Assembly: GCA_963702435.1 (NCBI GenBank)
Contig: CAVPCR010000002.1
Span: forward strand, 352,001 to 416,000
Length of the DNA stretch: 64,000 nucleotides
Direction: 5' to 3'
Source: Candidatus Eiseniibacteriota bacterium
Lineage (GTDB): Bacteria; Eisenbacteria; RBG-16-71-46; CAVPCR01
This document shows, one piece after another, positions 20,658 to 29,066 of the stretch. Numbering within the stretch: the first letter of the stretch is position 1; each line of letters begins with the position of its first letter. Made by a program: the position numbers and the translations under genes. The notes under the pieces were generated by a model, which saw only the letters and a program-made list of their open reading frames with translations, made no database searches and was not told the DNA's origin.

Positions 20658-21314
20658 TGCTTTACCTCCGGGAGAGGAGACAGCGGTTCTAGTGCTGCCG
20701 GTTCATGGTGCTCAGTGCGACCCCTTCCGGGACACACCGTGATCGCAGATGTCGCTCGGTCGGCGGACTGCCGCGAGAGTCTCGGCGGTTGCTCCGGTCT
20801 CCTGGTTCCGTGCGCTCTCTCCTCTCGCGAGGAGCCTCGCTGCGGAGGTCCCGGTCGCCGGCGCTGTCCCGATCGACAAGCTCAACAGTAGCTGCTCTGC
20901 TGCCGAGCGCTCAAGTAGTTTTCGGCGTGTAGCAGCATGTTTTCGCGCTCCGTGATCGGATTGTCTCGGAATGTGTCTCACGCTCCAACATGCGGGTGAC
21001 TCCACCCGATCCAGTTTCGACATGAATGCATCGCACATGAACACGCCCACCGTGCGCCGCACGATCGTGCAGACTGCAACGATCACGAGGCGCCGGCGGA
21101 CGCGACATGGGACAGTGCGAGACACGTCGACCCTGGAGGACGCGGAGGTGCGTTCCCGCTCACGCCCTCCCCGGAGGCCGGCCTGCGAAATCGAGCCGCC
21201 CGGCCCTCATCCCCATCCATCGAACGGCAGGCATGCGACCCTGAGGCGAAACCGGGTTCGCGCCCGCAACCAGGGCGGAGCGGGCGGCCGGCTGATAGGA
21301 CGGGATGGGGTATG

Positions 21315-21359
21315 AAAAGGCCGGGGCGCGGGCCGGAGATCCGGCGCCGCGCCCCGGCC
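21315..21359 (-). terminator. Rho-independent terminator after the multiheme cytochrome gene
   Basis: Long stem ggccggggcgcgg..gccgga / tccggc..ccgcgccccggcc followed by TTTT on the minus strand, about 25 bp after the stop. Confidence 0.75.
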
Positions 21360-21385
21360 GGGAGGCGCTTTCTGCCCTTACTCCA

Positions 21386-24148
21386 CTACTTTATGAGCAC
21401 GAGACGCTCGTTCGCGTGCCGCCCGCCGCTCTCGATACGGAGGAAGTAGAGACCCGAGGCGACCGCCTGGCCCGAGTCGTCCCGTCCATCCCAGGGGATC
21501 CGGTGGACGCCCGCGGGCGCCATCTCGCCGCCGAGGAGCGTGCGCACCCGCCGCCCGCCCACGTCGTAGACGGCAAGATCCACGGCGCCGCGCTCGGACA
21601 ACCGGTAGACGAGCGTCCCCGCCCCGCGGAACGGATGCGGCGACGGCCGGTCGAGCCCGAAGACGACCGGAGGCGCTCCCGCGCCGCCGACCGCGGTCGG
21701 ATCGATGTCCACGATCGCGGTCGCCATCGCCACCGGTGCCGCTCGCCCGTTCCCGGTCCACGCGCTGTGCATGGTGTTCCCCGCCTGATTGGTCGTGTTC
21801 TCGTCGCGGAGGAACTCGACGTACTCCTTCGAGGTCGTCTGGTAGTAGAGCGTGACCTCGAGCCGATCGCTCGTCGCCGGCAGGTCGTAGTGCGCCTCGT
21901 CCCAGTGCTGCCCGTCGTCATAGCGCGGCTCGGGGCCCGGCCAGTCGGGATCCACCGGGGTCGCCTGCACGAGCGCGAACCCGGCGTTGGTGAAGCCGCG
22001 CGGCGGGATCCGGTTGTCCTTGTAGATCGAATCGTTCAGCACGAAGTGGAAGGACGGCCCGGCGGTGAGTCCGAGCGCCCCCGCGAGCGCCGGACTGATC
22101 CCGAGCTCCGCCTCGTAGAGGCGGAGGTCCTCGTCGTGGGCGAGGACGCCGGTGGCCGCGTCGTACGCGCCCGACTCGTAGACGAGCGCGTTCGCCGCGT
22201 CGAAGGCGCGCACGTTGATCCACATGCGCCGCCCCTCCGGATACCCGGTCGGGAGCTTGTGCCCGCTCTCGTTGGTGACCGTCACCGCGGCCACCGGCAC
22301 GCCGCCCTGCCAGGCGATCTGGACGCCGAGGCTCGCGGCGTTCTCGAGCATGTAGAGAGCGCGCGCGGCGGCGGCCGCGAGCGCCTGCGGGTCCACCTCC
22401 CCCGCGTAGAGGTCGGGGATGACCTGGGCCATCCAGGTGTTGCCGCCGGTCATGTCGTGGAGGGGGAGGTCCGGGCGGATAGGCACGCCCGCCGGCTGGC
22501 CGGCGCCGGCGCCGACCACGTCGCGGAGATGGCAATCCTGGCAGGTCGCGACCATGCCGTCGGGCTTCGCCCCGGCGAACTGGGGCGCGTACACGCCGCC
22601 CGGCGTGTTGTACTCGCTCATGAGCCACTCGCCGTAGGTGCGTTCGACGGGGAACTGCTCGTACGGGTCGAAGCTCGGCGCCGGCGCGTCGAAGTCGTTC
22701 GGCGCATAACGGCCGTCGGGCTGCTTCGAGAACGCCGGGTTCGACACGTTGTGACAGGTGCCGCAAAGGCCCGCCTCGCGATGGAAGGGCGAGGGGATGA
22801 CGCCGTGGTTCGCCTGGAAGGGATCGGTGAACGGCCCACGCTTGGCGCTGGTCGGATCGATCACCGTCATGCCGCTCGCCATATCGGGCGGAATCTGGCC
22901 GAGCGCGGCGAGGATCGCCTGGTCCTCGGGCGGGCTCACACCCGGCGCGTAGATCGGATCCACCATGCCGTGACAGACGTCGCAGTTGACGCCCTCGCGG
23001 TCGCCGGCCACGAGCTGGCTCCCGCTGGGCGGCGTCGAGCGACCGCCGAGCCAGCCCGTCTGCGTGTGGCAGCGCAGGCAGAGGTCGCCCGAGTCGCGCG
23101 CGTCCTGATTGGCGACGGCCAGCGCGGCGTAGAACAGCGGATCGCGGGCCGCCTGCGCCATGAGCGATCCCTTCCAGTTCCACACGGGCTCGACCGCCTG
23201 ATCGTAGTTGCCGTGGCACTGGATGCAGTCGGTGACGGACTGAATATCGCCGCCGCCGAGGGGCTGGGTGCCCGGGAGATCGAAGTCGCGGAGCGTGGTC
23301 GGCACGCGCCCGGTCTGGGGAGCCGTGATCGTGAAGGAGGCGTTGCTCAGGTCCTGGCCCCGGTTATTGCTCGGGTCCCACGCCTCGACGCGCACGCGGC
23401 TGGCCCCGCCCGGATAGTCCTGGACGAACCACACGAACGACCCGTCGTTCGGCGTGGCCAGGGCCAGCGGCTTGAACGTGGCCCCGCCGTCGGTCGAGAG
23501 CGCGATGTCCACGCGGGCGACACCGTTGGCATCGGTCGCCGTCCAGCGCACCTCGAAGGGCCCGTGCGCCGTCAGGTTTTCGCCCCCGTTCGGCGCGAGC
23601 ACGGTCACCACGGGCGGCGTCGTGTCGCTGCCGGGGATCGGCGTCAGGTAGCCGCTGATGTCGCTCAGGGTGACCTGGCTCACCTGACCCACGTTCGTCT
23701 GGGTGAGCCCCGGAAAGGTGGGGGTGTTCAGGTAGTTGGCGAGATCGGTGATCTCGACGGCGTTCGTGTAGGCGTCGCCGTCGGAGTCCTGCCCGGTGAT
23801 CGAGAGGACGGCGTCGCGGCGGCCCTGCGGCGTGCTGGGGTAGCTCGGAAAGCGCGCCCCGACCGCGGCGCCGTAGGGGTTCCGCGGTCCGCCGCCGTTG
23901 AAGCGCCAGTGACAGACCCCGCAGTGCCCCTGATTCGAGGGCACGTTGTCCAGGCGGCTGCCCACGGCCGAGGGATAGGCGAGGAAGAAGCCCTCTCGAT
24001 ACTCCGGCCTGGCGCTCGCGGGAGCGGTCGCGCCGAGGAGAAGGACAGCAGCCAGCAGCGCGACGAGGAGGGCGAAACCGAACGCAGGCCGGCGGGCGGC
24101 CGCCGGATGATGCGCCCGGGTCGCGCGCGGGCGAGGGATCGAGACCAT
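21386..24148 (-). CDS. Secreted multiheme (6 CxxCH) cytochrome c with Ig-like domain and FlgD-Ig/T9SS-like C-terminal domain
   Basis: GGAGGT RBS + ATG 24148; signal peptide ending ASA; CGVCH, CIQCH, CLRCH, CDVCH, CGTCH, CQDCH; DTTPPVVTVLAPNGGE Ig-like module; C-terminal VYDVGGRRVRTL...WDGRDDSG...SGLYFLRI. Confidence 0.88.
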   Translation of the reverse strand: MVSIPRPRATRAHHPAAARRPAFGFALLVALLAAVLLLGATAPASARPEYREGFFLAYPSAVGSRLDNVPSNQGHCGVCHWRFNGGGPRNPYGAAVGARFPSYPSTPQGRRDAVLSITGQDSDGDAYTNAVEITDLANYLNTPTFPGLTQTNVGQVSQVTLSDISGYLTPIPGSDTTPPVVTVLAPNGGENLTAHGPFEVRWTATDANGVARVDIALSTDGGATFKPLALATPNDGSFVWFVQDYPGGASRVRVEAWDPSNNRGQDLSNASFTITAPQTGRVPTTLRDFDLPGTQPLGGGDIQSVTDCIQCHGNYDQAVEPVWNWKGSLMAQAARDPLFYAALAVANQDARDSGDLCLRCHTQTGWLGGRSTPPSGSQLVAGDREGVNCDVCHGMVDPIYAPGVSPPEDQAILAALGQIPPDMASGMTVIDPTSAKRGPFTDPFQANHGVIPSPFHREAGLCGTCHNVSNPAFSKQPDGRYAPNDFDAPAPSFDPYEQFPVERTYGEWLMSEYNTPGGVYAPQFAGAKPDGMVATCQDCHLRDVVGAGAGQPAGVPIRPDLPLHDMTGGNTWMAQVIPDLYAGEVDPQALAAAAARALYMLENAASLGVQIAWQGGVPVAAVTVTNESGHKLPTGYPEGRRMWINVRAFDAANALVYESGAYDAATGVLAHDEDLRLYEAELGISPALAGALGLTAGPSFHFVLNDSIYKDNRIPPRGFTNAGFALVQATPVDPDWPGPEPRYDDGQHWDEAHYDLPATSDRLEVTLYYQTTSKEYVEFLRDENTTNQAGNTMHSAWTGNGRAAPVAMATAIVDIDPTAVGGAGAPPVVFGLDRPSPHPFRGAGTLVYRLSERGAVDLAVYDVGGRRVRTLLGGEMAPAGVHRIPWDGRDDSGQAVASGLYFLRIESGGRHANERLVLIK

Positions 24149-24241
24149 CACGCACCTCCGCTGGCTGGATTGTGCGCCGCCCACGGCCCGGAATGGCCGG
24201 CCACGAGCAGCCTGGGGGGGCGACCGTGTCCAGAGGGTGGC

Positions 24242-24256
24242 GCATGATGCATGCCA
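24242..24256 (-). promoter_or_regulatory. Candidate sigma54 -24/-12 promoter for the cytochrome gene
   Basis: Minus strand TGGCATGCATCATGC fits TGGCA-N7-TGC (GG-N10-GC), about 95 bp upstream of the ATG. Confidence 0.5.
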
Positions 24257-24729
24257 TGGCATCGGCCGCGGGCGACGAGGCCATCTCCCGGTCAGAAGGC
24301 AGGTTGTGACCCAATTGGCGAACCCGGTCCCCACCGCTCTCGACACCGAGTCCATCGCCGGGCACAGGAGAGGACATCCCGTCACCGGCGCCGGAACCGG
24401 CCGGTCGCTCGGGACTCGCGCCGCCCGCTCCGGCACACGCGCCGTCGTCCCACCGTGCGGAGGCGCACCGCAAGAGCCGGCGAGCTGATATGCTCGGCCT
24501 TCGCGGTCACTTTCCGCGCGGTGACGGGTCCGCGCGGCGGCGGTGACCGGCGGGCGAGCCGGCCGGTGGGGTGGATGTGCGGTGAGTCGGCCTCTGCATA
24601 TCGTCGCGCTCTCCCCTGCTGCCCCTGCCCGGCGGTCACCCGCGCCCTGAGCTGAGTGGTACGCTCGCCGGGCGCGCCCGCGATGACGATCTGAACGACG
24701 GTGCGGAGAGCAAGGAGGAGGATCGGGTC

Positions 24730-25863
24730 ATGGACTTCGGCGTGCCTGTCGAACGCCACCGGACCGAGCATCGAGTGGGTCTCACACCCCGCGGCGTGCG
24801 CAACCTCGTCGACCTCGGCCATCGCGTCTTCGTCGAGACCGGAGCCGGCGATGCGAGCCGTTTCCCCGACACCACCTATGGCGAAGCGGGCGCTGAGATC
24901 GTCTTTCGCCGCGAGGAGGTCTTCGGCCGCGCCTCGGTGATCCTCTGCGTGACGGCGCCCACCATGGACGAGGTGGTGCTGACGAACGGCGAGCAAACGG
25001 TCGCCGCCTTCTGGCACATGGCGGTGGCGCCCCGCGCCGTCGTCGCCGAGATGGCGAAGCGCCGGCTCAGCGCCGTCGGCTACGAGTTGATCGCGGACGA
25101 GGACGGCCGCCGGCCGGTGCTCGAGGCGATGAGCGAGCTCGCCGGGCAGATGGCGATCCACAACGCGGCCCACCTCCTGCAACGGGAGAGCGGCGGCCGC
25201 GGCATCCTGCTCGGCGCCTCCCCCGGCCAGCCTCCGGCCACCGTGCTCATCCTCGGGGCCGGCACCGCCGGCCGGGCCGCCGCCGAGACCGCGATCGGCA
25301 TCGGCGCGCACGTCATCGTCCTCGACAAGAATCTCGACAAGCTGCGCTACCTGCGCACCGCGGTCGGCGGCCGGGTCGTGACCTCGACGCCCGACCGGGA
25401 GACCATCGCCCAGTTCCTGAAGATTGCCGACGTTGCGATCGGCGCCATCCTCGTGATCGGCGAGCCGGCACCCTACCTGGTCACCAGGGACATGGTGCAG
25501 ACCATGCGCCCCGGCTCGGTGATCCTCGACCTCTCCATCGACCAGGGGGGATGCTTCGAGACCAGCCGGCCGACGACGATCGACGATCCGACCTACGTCC
25601 ATGCCGGCGTCGTCCACTACTGCGTGCCCAACATGACGGCCGACATTCCGCGGACCGCGAGCAAGGCGCTCACGCTCGCCCACATGCCCTACCTCGAGCT
25701 GATCGCCCAGTACGGGATCGAAGCGGCGATTCGTCTCGATCCGGCGCTCGCGCGCGGCACGACCATGTATCGAGGTACGACCACCAACGAAGACATCGCC
25801 TCGGTGTTCGGACTCGATTACCGCCCGATAGAATCGCTCGTGGGTGGGGAGGTGCGGTCCTAG
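24730..25863 (+). CDS. ald: Alanine dehydrogenase-like protein (AlaDH/PNT family)
   Basis: GVPVE...EHRVGLTP, MSELAG, GGRGILLG, GAGTAG NAD motif, DLSIDQGGCFETS, HYCVPNM; AGGAGG RBS. Confidence 0.85.
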   Translation: MDFGVPVERHRTEHRVGLTPRGVRNLVDLGHRVFVETGAGDASRFPDTTYGEAGAEIVFRREEVFGRASVILCVTAPTMDEVVLTNGEQTVAAFWHMAVAPRAVVAEMAKRRLSAVGYELIADEDGRRPVLEAMSELAGQMAIHNAAHLLQRESGGRGILLGASPGQPPATVLILGAGTAGRAAAETAIGIGAHVIVLDKNLDKLRYLRTAVGGRVVTSTPDRETIAQFLKIADVAIGAILVIGEPAPYLVTRDMVQTMRPGSVILDLSIDQGGCFETSRPTTIDDPTYVHAGVVHYCVPNMTADIPRTASKALTLAHMPYLELIAQYGIEAAIRLDPALARGTTMYRGTTTNEDIASVFGLDYRPIESLVGGEVRS

Positions 25864-27161
25864 ATGTCCTGGTTCGACAGTTACAAGGCCAAGCTCACCA
25901 CGGCGGAACAGGCGGTCGCCGCCGTCCGGAGCGGCCACCGGATCTACTACAGCGGCAATGCGGCCACCCCGTTCCCCCTGATCGACGCCCTGACCGAGCG
26001 GGACGGCGACCTCCGGAACGTCCAGCTCAATCACGTGCTTCTGATCGGGGAGGATCCGGTCAAGCCCGAGCACGAGGGCAAGTTCCGGCACAACAGCCTG
26101 TTCGTTGGGCCGGCCGATCGCGCCGCCATCAACGACGGCCGCGCCGATTACGTGCCCGTCTTCCTGCACCAGATCCCGCGGCTCTTCCGCGACGGCATCA
26201 TTCCGCTCGATGTCGCCATCATCCAGGTCTCCCCTCCCGACGAGCACGGGTTCTGCAGCTTCGGGGTCGAGATCCTGGCCACCAAGGCGGCCACCGAGTG
26301 CGCGCGCATCGTCATCGCCCAGGTCAACGAGAACATGCCGCGGGTGCTCGGCGACTCCTTCATCCACGTGTCGCAGATGACCCATATCGTCGAGCGCACC
26401 CATCCCCTGCCCGAGCTCCCGCGCCGCGAGATCACGGAGGTCGAGCGCCAGATCGCCCAGCACATCACCCCGCTCGTCCCCGACGGAGCGACGCTCCAGC
26501 TCGGGATCGGCGGCATCCCCGACGCCGTGCTCAAGGAGCTGGCCGGCAAGAAGGACCTCGGCATCCACACCGAGATGGTCTCCGACGGGGTCATGGAGGC
26601 CGATGGAAAAGGGCATCATCACCGGCCGCAAGAAGTCGGTGCACATGGGCAAGGCGGTCCTCACCTTCGCCTTCGGCTGCGCACCGGCTGTACGAGTACC
26701 TGCACAACAATCCGATGTTCGAGGGCCACCCCGTCGAGTACGTGAACAACCCGTTTGCAGTCAGTCAAAACGAGAACATCGTCGCCATCAACTCGGCGAT
26801 CGAGGTGGACCTGACCGGCCAGGTCTGCTCGGACTCGATCGGCCCCCGGATCTTCTCGGGGTTCGGCGGGCAGGTGGACTTCATCCGCGGCGCCGCCCAG
26901 TCGAAGGGCGGCCGCCCGATCATCGCCCTTTCCTCGACCGCTCAGGACGGCAAGATCTCGCGTATCGTCAACTTCCTGAAGGAGGGCGCCGGTGTCGTGA
27001 CGACGCGCGCCGACGTACACTACGTCGTCACCGAGTTCGGCGTCGCGCACCTCTTCGGGCGGAACCTGCGCGAGCGGGCCGAGGCGCTGATCCAGATCGC
27101 GCATCCGAGCTTCCGCGAGGAGCTCAGCTTTGCCGCCAAGAAGCGGAAGCTCCTCCCCTAG
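25864..27161 (+). CDS. Acetyl-CoA hydrolase / 4-hydroxybutyrate CoA-transferase family, with two apparent frameshifts (~26602, ~26678)
   Basis: VSPPDEHGFCSFG, TLQLGIGGIPDAV, LGIHTEM, then MEKGIITG in a second frame, then INSAIEVDLTGQV, GGQVDF, YVVTEFGVAHL in the third frame. Confidence 0.85.
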
Positions 27162-27177
27162 CGGAACGCCGCCGGCG

Positions 27178-27591
27178 ATGAAGCTCTACACGGCGACGAT
27201 CGAGGTCGCGACCACGGCGCCCGCGGAGCTGGTCGACCTGACCGCCGCCGTCCGCGCCGAGGTGGCGCGCGCCGGCGTCGTCACCGGAACCTGCGCCCTC
27301 TTCGCGCACGGCGCCACCGCCGCGCTCATGGTGCAGGAGAACGACGACCCGGCGATCGCGCTCGACGTGATCGACTGCCTCGCGCGCCTGGTGCCGGCGG
27401 GTGCTTGGCGTCACGACCGCGTGGATGACAACGGGGCCGCGCACCTCAAGGCGGGGATCGTCGGACCGAGCGAGACCATCCCGATCCGCGGCGGCGAGCT
27501 CGCGCTCTCCACCTGGCAGAACATCTTCCTCTGCGACTTCGACGGCCCGCGCCGCGCGCGGCGCGTCCTCGTCACGATCACGGGCGAGTAG
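27178..27591 (+). CDS. yjbQ: YjbQ family (UPF0047) protein
   Basis: HGATAAL..QENDDP, NGAAHLK, LSTWQNIFLCDFDGPR. Confidence 0.9.
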   Translation: MKLYTATIEVATTAPAELVDLTAAVRAEVARAGVVTGTCALFAHGATAALMVQENDDPAIALDVIDCLARLVPAGAWRHDRVDDNGAAHLKAGIVGPSETIPIRGGELALSTWQNIFLCDFDGPRRARRVLVTITGE

Positions 27592-27671
27592 GCGGCCGTG
27601 GCGCCCGCTGCGCCCGGTGCCGGCCACGCCGGCGGCCCTCGCCGCGCCGGCAGCCCCGCTCCGCCGGCGGC

Positions 27672-28883
27672 CTAACCGGCCGGCGTCAGCGTCACCGTGA
27701 GTTCCTCCCGCCTTTCGCCGCGCTGGACCTCGACGCGCACGCGATCGCCGGGCTTCTTCTTCTCGAGGAGGAGGATCAGGTCGTTCCCGTCCGCGACCGG
27801 CTCGCCGTCGATGGCGACGATGATGTCGCCGAGGACGACCCGCCCGCTCTCGTCGCGCCGCGTCGGGCGGATGCCGGCCCGGTCGGCCCCGGTTCCGGCG
27901 ACGACCTCGATGACGAGCGCCCCCTTGATGCCGAGGCGTTCGGACACCTGCTGGGTCGAGAGATGCACGCCGAGCGCCGCCCGGGTCACCTTGCCGTGCG
28001 CGATCAGCTCCGGAACCACCCACTTGACGACGTCCACCGGGATGGCGAAGCCGATCCCGGCCGAACCGCCCGAGGGGCTGTAGATCGCCGTGTTGACGCC
28101 GATCAGTCGCCCCGCGCTGTCGAGGAGCGGGCCGCCCGAGTTGCCGGGATTGATGGCGGCGTCGGTCTGGATCACGTCCCGGATCGGGATCCGCGTCACC
28201 GACTCGATCTCGCGGCCGAGAGCGCTGATGATGCCGATCGTGAGGGTCTGATCGAGGCCGAACGGATTGCCGATGGCGAGCACCTTCTGTCCGACCAGGA
28301 GATCGTGCGAGCTGCCCGTGCGGAGCGCGGGCAGCTTCTCCCGCGGCGCATCGATGCGGAGGACGGCGAGGTCCTTGTCCGGGGCGGTGCCGACCAGGCG
28401 CGCCTCCCACGCCGAGTTGTCGGAGAGCGTCACCTGCGCACGATCGGCCCCGCGAATCACATGGAAGTTGGTGACGATGTGCCCCTGCTCGTCCCACACG
28501 AACCCGGAGCCGGTGCCCTGCGGGATCTCCATCACGTTCATGTTGAACATGTCGCGGCGGACCGCGATCGACGTGATGTAGACGACGGCCGGCGACGCCT
28601 CCCGGAAGAGATCGATGTTCGCGCGCTCCTCTACGGTGAGGCCGGCGGCAGGGGCGGACTCGCGCTCGGCGGCCGGCGCGCCGGAGGCCCCGCCCGCCGG
28701 CTCCTCGGCACCGGCAGCCGCGGCCAGCTCGCGCGCGGCGGTCTCCGTGGCCGCCGCGTCCGGGCGCGCTGCCCCCTCGCGCTCGGCGGCGAACGGCTGC
28801 CAGAGGGCGCCGGCGAGAAGTCCGGCCAGGAAGAGGACGAACGATGAGAGGCGGATGAGACCGGATCGGCGTTCACGCATCAT
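27672..28883 (-). CDS. HtrA/DegP-type S1C serine protease with one PDZ domain
   Basis: GTGSGF, TNFHV, KDLAVL, QTDAAINPGNSGGPL, C-terminal PDZ, N-terminal TM/signal. Confidence 0.93.
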   Translation of the reverse strand: MMRERRSGLIRLSSFVLFLAGLLAGALWQPFAAEREGAARPDAAATETAARELAAAAGAEEPAGGASGAPAAERESAPAAGLTVEERANIDLFREASPAVVYITSIAVRRDMFNMNVMEIPQGTGSGFVWDEQGHIVTNFHVIRGADRAQVTLSDNSAWEARLVGTAPDKDLAVLRIDAPREKLPALRTGSSHDLLVGQKVLAIGNPFGLDQTLTIGIISALGREIESVTRIPIRDVIQTDAAINPGNSGGPLLDSAGRLIGVNTAIYSPSGGSAGIGFAIPVDVVKWVVPELIAHGKVTRAALGVHLSTQQVSERLGIKGALVIEVVAGTGADRAGIRPTRRDESGRVVLGDIIVAIDGEPVADGNDLILLLEKKKPGDRVRVEVQRGERREELTVTLTPAG

Positions 28884-29066
28884 GACCTGTATCCTCCGAG
28901 CGGCCGATCCTAGCACGGACGCCGCAGACCGCGGCGGCACCCCGCGACGGCCTCGTGTATAGTCCCGCGGCAACCCCGACGCGAGATGGTTCACCCGCGG
29001 GCCCGCGGTGCGAAGGCGCGCCCCGTCCGCCCGAGCACCGACGCCCCCGGCACGAGCCCCTGGTCG

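Noticed and set aside
20765..20840. Resemblance of the flp leader to glycine or c-di-GMP-I riboswitches (GGAGAGA...GGAGCAACCGCC...ACTCTC; GNRA hairpin)
   Set aside because: Core motifs (GCCGAAG and CUCAGG; GGCAAA and CGCAAAGC) are missing. Kept only as an unassigned structured region.
26595..26690. Programmed ribosomal frameshifting in the CoA-transferase gene
   Set aside because: No slippery heptamer is visible, and two separate shifts would be required; sequencing error is simpler.
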